Positions 11,940 through 23,739 of a stretch of 41,274 bases of DNA are shown here, one piece after another. The notes beneath the pieces were generated by a model. The model saw only the letters and a program-made list of their open reading frames with translations, ran no database searches and was not told the DNA's origin. Source of the stretch: Octopus bimaculoides (taxonomy: Eukaryota); assembly GCF_001194135.2 (NCBI RefSeq), contig NC_068989.1:47751566-47792839 (forward strand), given 5' to 3'. How positions within the stretch are numbered: position 1 is the first letter of the stretch; each line of letters begins with the position of its first letter. The position numbers were made by a program, and so were the translations under genes.

Positions 11940-12270
11940 TATCCTTATCTAATACAAGTCAAAGTTAACAAATTCACCATTCAAAATAGTTACTGCCTGA
12001 AAAGAGATATTCGAGAAAGACTTGAAAGTTAACGTAAGATTGTATTCATGTAAAGTAAATATAAAAAATAATCCAGAATCCTTGTTCCTACTGGATCGAT
12101 CCCATAATCTAATCAGTTCGTGCCAGCCACGAGGCCAAACATCCCTGAATATTCGAATCCATCCAGCGGTTCTTGAGATATCTTGTCCACGGACAGACAG
12201 ACAAACAAACAAACAAACAAACAAACGCGACTGAAAACAATACTTCCGCCTTTGCTAAGGCGGAGGTAAT
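11940..12270 (-). mobile_element. Non-autonomous DNA element, HINE/DINE-1-like layout
   Basis: Terminal 12-bp hairpin TACTTCCGCCTT/AAGGCGGAGGTA (12241-12268, 1 mismatch) next to a (GTTT)n(GTCT)n microsatellite on the minus strand. Left boundary uncertain. Confidence 0.45.
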
Positions 12271-12288
12271 AATAGCAACAACAAAGCA

Positions 12289-12494
12289 GTGAGCTGGCAG
12301 AATCGTTAGCACACCGGGAAATGCATAGTAGCATTTCGTCCGTCCTTACGTTCTAAGTTCAAATTCCACCGAAGTCGACTTTGCCTTTCATCCTTTTGGA
12401 GTCGATAAAATAAGTACCAGACAAGCCATTGGGTCGATTTAATCGACTTACATTCTCCTCCGAACATGCTAGCCTTGTGCCAAAATGTGAAACC
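12289..12494 (+). mobile_element. SINE family A
   Basis: GAGCTGGCAGAATCGTTAGCAC head, GTCGACTTTGCCTTTCATCCTTTTGGAGTCGATAAAATAAGTACCAG core. Confidence 0.9.
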
Positions 12495-14043
12495 AATAAT
12501 AGCAACAACAACGAAAGTATCAAAATTTGAAAAGAACATTTACAAGAAAGAAGAATTAAACAGAAAAAAAACGACAAATCTAAACCTTAGAAATGCAGAC
12601 AACAATAGAACCAGACCTGCACAGACGAAAAATCTAAATAATAGAGAATATGGAGATGATTTTAAAATTGGTAACTATTAAGGTGTAAATTTCGACCCCT
12701 GACGCTCTAAAAGTGAGTATAATTCGAGAAATAACAACTATAAAAGATCTTCCTGCGAATCAACGAAAACACCTCCCAAGGATAAAAATTCAACGAGAAA
12801 ATGCCATTACATATAAGTTGACTCTTATTCACCGACACATATAATAAAAAAAGAAATCATGAAAATGAGAATTACATGACAAATGTCTTATGTAACATTT
12901 GAGATGTTATGTGCGTATAAAATATGGAACTCAAACACAAACATATTCTCATGCACCCACACAAACAAGTACTAGAAGTAAAGAAAGAAAAAACTATACG
13001 AAAACATGAGAGAATGTGTTGTGAGAAGAACTCTGAGTGTTTATACCAGGATGTAGTCCGTAAAAAAAATATGCAATGGTATCTTATATACTGAAAGTGT
13101 TTAGAGAGGAACTCTAACTCATAAACAAGACTATTCAGATTAAAATGTTTCAGAAATAAGGCGGCGAAATGATATTATCTTTAGAGTATTGAGCAAAATA
13201 TCTTGCGGTATCTGTTCCGGCTGTTTATGCTCTTCTTTCTTCTCTTTATTGCTTTTACTGCAATCTGCATTTAGCTTTCGCAGGTAAAAACAGAGTAAAA
13301 ATGTTATTTTGGCTTAGTGCTGGTAATTTATAATCTATCCTTGATATATGGTAACTATATCTATAAACGTCGATGTGTATCTGTCTTGAAAGTAAAATTG
13401 CTATTTCTTAACACTTAATTCCCAAACCTGCACATATTTTCCAGAATATTGAACGAAGAGAAAGCTCAGGCCAGAGGTCCGACTTAAGACAGATATGTAG
13501 TAATAGAATGGTAGTAGATTAGGAGTGTTAGTGTGAGGTATAAAAACGTTACCAGTTCATGACATCCTACTCTCCGCTTATGTTCCTTAGTATCTCTTCA
13601 AATTGCCCCCTCTCCCTTTCCCTCTCTGCTTCTATCTCTCCAATTCTCAAGCTTTTTCACTCACAAAGTACGCACAGACTTTTTTCCCCATTTCTCTTAG
13701 ACAATAGTATGTTTTCCATATATATAGAAACATTGTATTTATCAAAATTCTTCGTTTAAAAAATCATATCTTCGAAAAGTTAGTACATTCCAAATGCCAT
13801 GAGAATTACTAAATTATCTTTCAATTATTTCACATTTTTCTTTGTTTCAATTTATAAAATATTGAAATTATTATTCTCTGTGGATGAGATTGCTTTCATG
13901 CACAAACATATGTGTGTGTGAGAGTGTACTCATATATATANNNNNNNNNNNNNNNNNNNNNNNNNNNNNNNNNNNNNNNNNNNNNNNNNNNNNNNNNNNN
14001 NNNNNNNNNNNNNNNNNNNNNNNNNNNNNNNNNNNNNNNNNNN

Positions 14044-14352
14044 GAGGGTTCCAGTTGATCCAATCAACGGAACAGCCTGCTCGTGAAATAAACGTGCAAG
14101 TGGCTGAGCACTCCAGAGACACGTGTACTCTTAACGTAGTTCTCGGGGATATTCAGCGTGACACAGTGTGACAAGGCTGGCCCTTTGAATTACAGACAGA
14201 ATAGAAACAGGAAGTAAGAGTGAGAGAAAGTTGTGGTGAAAGAGTACAGCAGGGTTCGCCACCATCCCCTGCCGGAGCCTCGTGGGGCTTTAAGTGTTTT
14301 CGCTCAATAAACACTCACAACACCCGGTCTGGGAATCGAAACCGCGATCCTA
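14044..14352 (-). mobile_element. SINE family C
   Basis: Near-identical to 3456-3760; truncated by the gap. Confidence 0.85.
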
Positions 14353-15867
14353 ATTTAGATGCAATTAGCGCTAACTGAGAGAAAAGACCTAACACAGTTT
14401 AACACATACGCTTAGTGCTCAAAAGCAGAGGCAAATCATTTAACGTTTCGGAGAAAGAGGAAAGTTTGGTATGGGACAAAAGAAAGAAATAGTGCAAAAT
14501 CGAAAAACGATGGAGAATTATTAAGTCAGAAGCGGGTACTGTTCTACTGCAGGAATTCAGATGGGTGTAGAGACAAATGTTTATGTGCAAGTATGAGAGT
14601 GTGTCATTATTTAGAGATGAGCATATGGTGAAGTGTTGTGTGTAGTTTTTTAGAGTCTATATGTTGTTAGATGTGCGTAAGAGCGGAAGTAAAGTTGCGT
14701 GAGTAGTGTCTTGCGGACCTGCGTGTGTTTGTGTGTGATTGTTAAATGTGTGAGAGGAGATTGCGAGGATGTGGAAACAGGCGTGGATGTAAAGCAAAAC
14801 AAGGGACGTAAGAGGAATGTAGAGGGTGTGATAGAAGTGTGCGCAAAATCAGGAGTGTGAGATGCTTTTGCATGGAAGGGAGGTATGGACAAACATCGAA
14901 GGTGGAAGTAAAGGTGTCGGTTTAAGGCAAGAAGAGGGAAAATTAATTACAATATTGGCCAAGCAGAGAGAAAGAGGGAGAGAGAGGGGAAGAGAAAGAA
15001 ATACAGAGAATACAAGGAGAGAGAAAGAGGGAAGAGAGAGGAAATACAGAAAGAAAGAATTACGAGGACTATGAGAAAAGAAAGTTATTTAAAAATTACT
15101 CATGTATCACAGTACAGCACCTGCTTTCAAATAGATACATTTATCACTACAGATTTTATACTTGAAGAAGCACAGATGACAGATTTTAACACCTTGGGGT
15201 GAGATTAACATCTGACTGGTTTTCTTTTGGCTCTACCTAACAAAGGTTGGTAAATGATAGTCCAACGTTTCTTCTGATGTTTTTTTTTTTTTTTTTTCAT
15301 TGGTGATGAGCTGTAACGTTTCATAAAAGAGTCTAACTCTCAGACTGAATTATTCGTTTTTCCATATGCATAATGATTGCGTTAATTGTCAGTCACTAAG
15401 GGACATGCTGAGGCGGTTAAGATCAAGCGACATGCTAGTTATCTGTTGTATGGAGCACATTGTCTTACATGATCATGATAATAATGCAACCACGAATACC
15501 ACTGAAATCTCATTTTTAATCAGAAAAACGCTGATGTATTTTTTCTGGAAAAATATTTTTAAAACGCCAAGAATAAACTCAACTGAATCCAAATATAAGC
15601 TTGAAACAGAAAATATCCGAAAAAGATCTTTTAAAAGAAGAATCTGCGGCAAGTTCATATTAAATGTCAAATTTCATTATCAAGATACGGCAAATAATGA
15701 TATAAGGAATAGAACTGAATATATTTAATAATAGAATTATATTTCGACATCATACTGATTTGCGCATACCTTGATAACACCGAAACCAAAGATAGAAAAC
15801 TAACATGACATCAGATCATGTCGACCTCCAGCTTTACTCTCTAAAATATTGAGAGTTTTTGCAGTAT

Positions 15868-16045
15868 GTTAGGAAGATTTCATTCCAACCTTATAGTTTC
15901 TGGTTCAGTCCCATCACGCAGCACCTTGGAGAAGTGATTTCTACTATAATCCCGTGCCGACCAAGGCCTTGAGAATCATTTTGGGTAACAGAAACTCGAA
16001 AAGAGACCCGTCGTATACGCATGCACGCACACACGCACGCACGCA

Positions 16046-16090
<45 letters not shown>

Positions 16091-16200
16091 ACATACACAC
16101 ACACATACGCACACATATATATATATATAAATACATATATGTATATATGTGATTCTTAGTATTTGCTACTATCCTCCCACCACTTGGCAACCAGTGTTCG
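15868..16200 (+). mobile_element. SINE family B, 5' two-thirds
   Basis: GGTTCAGTCCC, GCACCTTGGAGAAGTGATTTCTACTATA (CORE-like), internal (CA)n/(TA)n, ends CTTGGCAACCAGTGTT. Confidence 0.75.
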
Positions 16201-16643
16201 TCAGATTAAGTTTCTTTGAACAAGTGATTCGGTAAAAAGACACTGATTGAATAATTATGATAATACTTCGCTCAGTATCAAATCATTTTTAAGTTATGTT
16301 CAGCTTTATAAATATCAACTGCATTTTAAATAGGCAAAGGAAAAGGAAAATTTTGATTTTTCTAATTGATTCATTTTCATAACGCTACGTCTACCAATTA
16401 TCAATGTGTTGTAATATATTTAATAAATCAATTATTAACAATACCATAAAAAATAATTAAAATATTTGGTATTTGGTTACAATGAAAATAGCTATTTTTC
16501 ATGCTCATTTATTAATAGAAGAATCTAGAAAGCGTAAATTGCTTAACGAAAAACAACGAAATGTCACGTATGAAAGCCACCATTAGAAGAACAATTAAAT
16601 TGTTTTGAAGTCATTGTTCGTAATATAAATAAACATAATGCCT

Positions 16644-16830
16644 GAAATCTGGTGGTAGCGGGTGTCAGTCGATTATATTGACTGCAGTCTATATCTGCAT
16701 ACATTATTTTACTGACCGCGAGAGGTAAAGAAGACCTCGGTGGTATTTGAACACAGAAGTATTAATAGTCAGAACAAACACCACAAAGCGCTTTGTCTGC
16801 CGCTCTAACGATTCTCCCAGTTTACCAACC
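16644..16830 (-). mobile_element. SINE family A, degenerate
   Basis: GACCTCGGTGGTATTTGAACACAGAA...CTAACGATTCTCCCAG. Confidence 0.65.
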
Positions 16831-17569
16831 TTAATATGATTGTTCCTGACATAGGCAAAATCAGTTTGAATACATATTTTTCAAAAGATTGCTATTTATT
16901 CTATGGGTCTCGTTTGAAACACATAGAATTTAAGCACACAAATGCAAAGACACGCAGAGATACACACACACACACACACAGATATATANNNNNNNNNNNN
17001 NNNNNNNNNNNNNNNNNNNNNNNNNNNNNNNNNNNNNNNNNNNNNNNNNNNNNNNNNNNNNNNNNNNNNNNNNNNNNNNNNNNNNNNNNNNNNNNNNNNN
17101 NNNNNNNNNNNNNNNNNNNNNNNNNNNNNNNNNNNNNNNNNNNNNNNNNNNNNNNNNNNNNNNNNNNNNNNNNNNNNNNNNNNNNNNNNNNNNNNNNNNN
17201 NNNNNNNNNNNNNNNNNNNNNNNNNNNNNNNNNNNNNNNNNNNNNNNNNNNNNNNNNNNNNNNNNNNNNNNNNNNNNNNNNNNNNNNNNNNNNNNNNNNN
17301 NNNNNNNNNNNNNNNNNNNNNNNNNNNNNNNNNNNNNNNNNNNNNNNNNNNNNNNNNNNNNNNNNNNNNNNNNNNNNNNNNNNNNNNNNNNNNNNNNNNN
17401 NNNNNNNNNNNNNNNNNNNNNNNNNNNNNNNNNNNNNNNNNNNNNNNNNNNNNNNNNNNNNNNNNNNNNNNNNNNNNNNNNNNNNNNNNNNNNNNNNNNN
17501 NNNNNNNNNNNNNNNNNNNNNNNNNNNNNNNNNNNNNNNNNNNNNNNNNNNNNNNNNNNNNNNNNNNNN

Positions 17570-17606
<37 letters not shown>

Positions 17607-17834
17607 TTCAAAAGAAAATAAATTACGAAGACAGGTGTATTAGTTTAACGCTCGGGAACAATGGAAGAGCCTTTTACGTTCGTTTCGAACCTACACTCTT
17701 CTATAGAAAGGATTAAGAGGGAAAAAATGGATAATGAAAAATAACGGAGAGAGAAAAGTGTGCAGAGTTCAACGGTCCGAGAGAGAGAGAGAAAGAGAGA
17801 GAAGGGGACAGACAGACAGAAATACAAATTCACT

Positions 17835-17960
17835 CATAAGGCTTTGGTTGTCCCAGGGCTATAGTAGAAGACACTTGTCCAATGTACCAAGCGGTGAGAC
17901 TGAATCCACGACCGCATGGCTGTGATGAAAACGTCTCGATCACACAGCCACACGTCTACT
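17835..17960 (-). mobile_element. SINE family B, 5' head
   Basis: Reverse complement reads GTGTGGCTGTGTG...GGATTCAGTCTCACC...GGACAAGTGTCTTCTACTATAGCCC...CCAAAGCC. Confidence 0.7.
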
Positions 17961-18175
17961 TGAATATTAGCTAACAGAAATTCTTTAAAATATTTAATGT
18001 CAATTTACAAAAATACAGTAATTTCAATTACAGAAAGACGGCTGTGTTAAAAAGCATAGAAGTATATAATTCAAAATAATTATTTAAGCTTGTGGGTACC
18101 ATATCACACAGGTATTAATCGAAGAAACCAGTTCGAGTACAAAAAGACTGAATTTAAAAAATACATATTACGCAT

Positions 18176-18385
18176 TGATTTCAAATTTTGGCACAAAGCC
18201 AGCAATTTTGGGGGAGGGGATAAAACGATTATATCGACTCCAATATTCAACTGGTACATTTCTTTATCGACTCTGAAAGGAGAAAAAGCAAAATCGACCT
18301 CGGTGGAATTTGAACACAGAACGTGAAGACGGACGGAATGCCGCTAAGCATTTTGTCCGGAGTGCTAACGCTTCTGCCAGATCAT
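18176..18385 (-). mobile_element. SINE family A (first of tandem pair)
   Basis: TTTCAAATTTTGGCACAA...ATCGACCTCGGTGGAATTTGAAC...CTTCTGCCAG. Confidence 0.85.
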
Positions 18386-18413
18386 CAACTTACGTTTCTA
18401 TTACATTTTGTTC

Positions 18414-18610
18414 TCAAGTTTTGGTATAAGGCTAGCAGTTTTGGGTGTCGGATGGGATAGGGGAGAAGTCGATTACGTCAATCCCAGTCTTTCAAGGTAC
18501 TTATTTTATCGACCCCCAAACGATGAAAGGCGAAGTTGACCGCCGCAGCATTTGAACTCAGAACGTAAGAACGGACGAAATGCCAATAAATACCTTTCCC
18601 GGCTCGTCGC
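18414..18610 (-). mobile_element. SINE family A (second of tandem pair)
   Basis: TTATCGACCCCCAAACGATGAAAGGCGAAGTTGACC...GAACTCAGAACGTAAG. Confidence 0.8.
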
Positions 18611-19304
18611 CACACGGTTGTATTAATTATTGATTATATTCCATATCAATCTCAAATAAAATCACTTGGTTGAAATATAATCAACAAAGAGTATAAAAGG
18701 TATTAGGAAGTGACCAATAGATAAACTATCAAATTTTAATCCTCCATTATCTCAACTAGTTTTATCATCTTGTGAAAAATATTAGTTATTGAATAATACA
18801 AATAAACAAAGTTCTTGTTTGTTACGTTTATATTTGTGGGAGATAGATTATTAAAATATTTAAGTCAAATTTTAAAAGCTTACCAAATACAATTGATTTT
18901 CAAGTGTCTACCAAAACATTAATAAGGTTTTCCATTCATAGACGCAAATAAAAGATTCAACAGCAAAACACTTAGCTGTTTATCTTTTCCTTTATTTTCT
19001 GTTTATTAAAATATTACTAACAAAGTAATCAATTACAATGTTTTGTCTGTCATAAAATCTTGCTTATACGAACGTAAAAATTATATAAAGAAAATGAAAT
19101 ATAATGTTTGTTGTGTAAGTGTGTGTATGTGTATATGTATGATGCATTTATCTATATGTAAATGTGCTTATATGTATGCATATATATGTGAGTGTGGTGT
19201 ATAAATACGCATATGAGTATATATATTTTTTTAGCCTTTAAAATATATGTGCATATACACGCGCGCACACACGCACACACACACTCGCACATTCACATAT
19301 ATAC

Positions 19305-19373
<69 letters not shown>

Positions 19374-19395
19374 CATACAGATATTGATACATGTT

Positions 19396-19660
19396 AGGAA
19401 TACATAAAAGAGAGCACATTCGAAATGTGATATTTCGAGAACGGAGGGGAGGGAACGATGTGATCGCAGAGTACCGATGGCACGAGTGCCGCTGGGATGG
19501 AGATGTCGCAAGGTTCAAAGACAACAGGTGGACTCGTGCAATTTCCGAGTGGTATCCAAAAGATCGGGAAGACGACATAGTCAAGGAATTTGTGTTCAGT
19601 TGGAAAAGAATGGCGCAATCAACACAGAATCGGAAGCTCACTGTGATCAGCGGCGTATAA
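19396..19660 (+). mobile_element. RTE-clade LINE, C-terminal ORF fragment
   Basis: REHIRNVIFRERRGGNDVIAEYRWHECRWDGDVARFKDNRWTRAISEWYPKDRE matches the RTE post-RT motif HIRN..IR..T...D......RWAGHVAR..DNRWT....W.P. Confidence 0.8.
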
Positions 19661-20429
19661 CAGCATCTGATGGTCTAGTCGATGCTGAGATACTGTTATA
19701 ATGAATGTTTATCGCTCCGGAAAAAATGAAGGGATTCGATGTAAGTTGTCTCGCCTGTCTGCGACTGACTTTCAGGTGTTTTACGTCAAGGCCATCGAGA
19801 ATATATTCTTCTGCGCCTAAAAACCGCAGACGCCCGAAGAATCAACGACACATGTATGTGTGTTCGATTTTGTTTATATATCTCAAGCTGCTTCTAATTC
19901 ATATGTGTGTGTGTATGTGTATATTTGTGTGTGCGCATGCGTGCACGTGTGTGTACATAGCAGAATGGTTCAAAAAGTACTTAGTGACATTAAAAAGATC
20001 TATTTACATCTACTTAACCAATTTCACAATTTCATGATTTCTTAAGTAAAGTTGAATGAAAGGACCTGCAGCTATGCTGTATTTGTCTCAAGTCTGACTG
20101 CTGTTTAAAATTTTGTTTTTACGAGATTATGTCTCAAATTGACATGAGTTGCGAAACAATTTGTTTGGATGAAGCTAGTCAGATGATCAGAGTCGGTATG
20201 TATAATAGTTGCGCCATGTAACTGCATGTATAATAATTAAGCCAAAAGTTAAGGCTGTATTAGATCAGAGAATGTACAATGCGACAGCATATACAACAGT
20301 TGCTCATTAAACAATCATGACATTGAGAATCCGGTTAAATACTAGTAAATACATTTTTTTTAAAGATCCCAAACACAATTTCAACTTATCTTTACTTCAC
20401 GCCCATTCCAGTTTGAGAAAACGGTTTTC

Positions 20430-20481
<52 letters not shown>

Positions 20482-20492
20482 GTATCTATCTA

Positions 20493-20529
<37 letters not shown>

Positions 20530-20589
20530 ATAAATAATACAGAATGAGACAAGGAGGCAAAAGATGCAGATAGTTAGGTGATACAAGAA

Positions 20590-20740
20590 AGGGACAACAA
20601 GACATCCAGATAGACGATACATAGGAAACACGGACAGGTCATTCGGAGTTTTCTCTCTTCAGTCGAGATCCAGATCATCCTTGCAATTTCGGCTGGCTAT
20701 TCCCGATTTTGCTGCAATCTGGCCAGCCCCAAGGAAAAAC
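20590..20740 (-). repeat. Penelope-like repeat relic (tentative)
   Basis: Minus strand has GGCTGG...CCAGCC-GAAA and CTGAAGA-GAG-AAAA-CTC-CGAA, incomplete hammerhead-like pieces. Confidence 0.3.
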
Positions 20741-20891
20741 TTATATATATATATATATATATATACAAGTACACACATGTCAACACGTACACACATACAT
20801 ACATATGCACATACCCACACATACATGTGCATACATATACATGCGTCCATATATACACACATACATATATCCACAACTATACACGTATATA

Positions 20892-20949
<58 letters not shown>

Positions 20950-21349
20950 NNNNNNNNNNNNNNNNNNNNNNNNNNNNNNNNNNNNNNNNNNNNNNNNNNN
21001 NNNNNNNNNNNNNNNNNNNNNNNNNNNNNNNNNNNNNNNNNNNNNNNNNNNNNNNNNNNNNNNNNNNNNNNNNNNNNNNNNNNNNNNNNNNNNNNNNNNN
21101 NNNNNNNNNNNNNNNNNNNNNNNNNNNNNNNNNNNNNNNNNNNNNNNNNNNNNNNNNNNNNNNNNNNNNNNNNNNNNNNNNNNNNNNNNNNNNNNNNNNN
21201 NNNNNNNNNNNNNNNNNNNNNNNNNNNNNNNNNNNNNNNNNNNNNNNNNNNNNNNNNNNNNNNNNNNNNNNNNNNNNNNNNNNNNNNNNNNNNNNNNNNN
21301 NNNNNNNNNNNNNNNNNNNNNNNNNNNNNNNNNNNNNNNNNNNNNNNNN

Positions 21350-21410
<61 letters not shown>

Positions 21411-22173
21411 TCTATGCACTGCCAGACCGTGGGATCCATTTGTAACAAATTTGGCATGAATGTTTTTCATTATTCGGTGATTTTCAATCGATGTGGAAAA
21501 ATTCTGAGATTAAGAATATGGAAAAAAAAGAAATTTTATTTCAAATTTTCTATGAACTCCAAAATTGATCCACACACACTTCGCCTCCCCATCCTGATGC
21601 CTAAACTTGAAAATGAACAGCTAAAGATAATAGCTAAATGTCTGGAAATTTTCTGAGTTTGTGTGTGAGCGCGCGCAACAATTTCTATAGCTTATTCGAA
21701 TGAACAGAGAAAGTATACAGACATATGTTTTGCATATCAGTCGTATATGTCAATTTTGTTTGTTCGCTTTAAAAGTAAACGATTATCATAGAAGCAAACA
21801 CGATATTCAATAATTCTCTGTTGTACATCTACGAACCCACCTCTTTTTTTAAAGTAAAGATAAACGCTTTTTAATTGTGATAATAAAACGAGGGATTTCG
21901 TCCTTACCGCTAAAATTAATTCCTCTCGCAAAAGAGAGGGTGGCATTTTCTCTCTTTTTCAATATTTGATTAGAGGAGAGAATATGTTGTTACCAAACAC
22001 GTTGGGATTAATCCAATGAATTGATAGTAAGGTATGGAAAATTACTTTTCTAAACAAAATTTCTGTGTACGATCCGATTGCGTACGTATTCACACTAACA
22101 CTTTCACACAAAGGTTGCTCGCATTACCTCAAGAGCAGAAATTGAAAGAGAGGCGATAAGGATAAGCCGAGAG

Positions 22174-22440
22174 GAGAGGAGAAAGTGAAAGATGGACGTG
22201 TGTGTGAGAGAGAGAGTGAGTGAGGTGAAGGCGTGTTGTTATGTATGTATAAGTGGCACTCACTCTCTCTCCCGCGCTCTCTCATGCACACGCACACATA
22301 CATACAAAAAGATGTATGCATATGTATTTATGTATGTACATGTATATGAAAGATATTGTGTACGTGTGTGTGAGAGAGAGTGAGTATCACTTACACGTAC
22401 ATGCAAAATATACTTACATAACAACACGTATTTTCATTTA

Positions 22441-22475
<35 letters not shown>

Positions 22476-22696
22476 TCACACACACGCATACTCATACGAA
22501 AAACATGTACGCATATATATTTATGTATGTATGGGCATATGAAAGATAGTGTGAGTGAGAGAGAGAGAGTGAGTGCCACTTACATATACATGACAACACA
22601 CACCTTCACTCACTCTCTCCCTCACACACACACATACATACACATACAAAAAGACGTATGCATGTACGTGTATATGAAAGATGTGTGTATGTGTGT

Positions 22697-22729
<33 letters not shown>

Positions 22730-22888
22730 GGAGAGAGAGTTCTACTTACACATATATGCAAAAATATACATGACAACACGCTTTCACTCACTCATTCACT
22801 CTCTCTCTCTTTCTCCCGCATACACACTTCCATTTCATATACACGCACATACCTCTTCATTTTCTCCTCTCTTTCACTTTCTCCTCTC
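22174..22888. repeat. Complex satellite of ~150-180 bp units bracketed by a perfect 19-bp inverted repeat
   Basis: About four units with ATGAAAGAT, (GA)n, ACTTACA, ACAACAC and (TC)n landmarks. GAGAGGAGAAAGTGAAAGA (22174-22192) and its reverse complement at 22870-22888. Confidence 0.8.
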
Positions 22889-23118
22889 ACATCAAAGCAA
22901 ATGTCGGCTTCCAAAGTGAGTAAAGAATTAAAACATCTTTAGGGAAATTCACGAACAATCATATGATCCCATATGATCGAGTTTGACAACTATGCTGCTT
23001 GTAACGAAAGAATACCCCCTCCATAAAGGTCTAAAGGTCGTACATGTACTTATTAGACATTGGAAAGGGTTACAGGCGGTACAGTTCTACATTTAAGAGA
23101 TGAGAAATTATGTCCATC

Positions 23119-23264
23119 ATTTACATTATTTACATTTGACGGATATTTGTCCTCATCTTGTTTGTTGTTAACACGTTTCGGCTGATATAACCTCCAACCT
23201 TCATCAGGTGACTTGGGGAAATTTCGAACTTGGGTTCTCAGTCCTGAGGTATTTTTCGATGTTG

Positions 23265-23315
<51 letters not shown>

Positions 23316-23388
23316 TCACTGCCTGGAACCGAACACTCGGAATCTTGAAGTTAGTAGCCCGCGCGCTTAACCACTATGCTATATGCCC
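23119..23388 (-). mobile_element. tRNA-headed SINE-like element with Penelope-type hammerhead tail
   Basis: Head GGGCATATAGCATAGTGGTTAAG...CTACTAA...TGTTCGGTTCC...GTGACC (A box, degenerate B box), (TAA)n ~23268-23310, then CTGATGA-A-GGTTG..CAGCC-GAAAC, tail ending in GTAAATAAT repeats. Confidence 0.7.
23168..23213 (-). ncRNA. Minimal type I hammerhead ribozyme motif (probably inactivated copy)
   Basis: CTGATGA at 23207-23201, helix II GGTTG/CAGCC, GAAA at 23179-23176. 3 nt are missing after GAAACGT compared with the inverted tail copy (GAAACGTTGTGTT). Confidence 0.6.
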
Positions 23389-23467
23389 GAAACGTTGTGT
23401 TAACAACAAACGAGATGAGGACAAATATCCGTCAAATGTTAATAATGTAAATAATGTAAATAATGTT
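23387..23467 (+). repeat. Inverted copy of the element's 3' tail at its 5' junction
   Basis: CCGAAACGTTGTGTTAACAACAAACGAGATGAGGACAAATATCCGTCAAATG is nearly the exact reverse complement of 23121-23181. Confidence 0.9.
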
Positions 23468-23739
23468 ACAGGCGATGTCATACGCCCTACACGAACCAAG
23501 CTAACTTAATTTCTTTTGCAAAAGCGAGGGTGGAATTTTCTCTTTTTCAATATTTAATTACAAGAGAGAATATGTTGTAACCAAAAGCGTTAACGTTTCA
23601 CTAACGTAATCGATCTGTCACTGAACAAAGATTTTAAATTAATTCTATACACACTTTGCTATCATATATATGTAGAATTACAACAGCAACACAAGCTACC
23701 CTATGATGAGAAGGTACCAAATGTTAATAATCTCAAAAT

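Noticed and set aside
13270-13500. Possible micro-exons with AG/GT boundaries
   Set aside because: Signals are weak and expected by chance; no recognisable peptide.
15255-15355. Two GAAACGTT motifs and CTGAGA on the minus strand as a hammerhead
   Set aside because: The core lacks a nucleotide (CTGAGA), and helices I and II do not form.
23311-23388. Functional tRNA gene
   Set aside because: Acceptor and anticodon stems are mismatched and the B box is degenerate; treated as a SINE head. The same applies to the heads at ~33.7 and ~36.0 kb.
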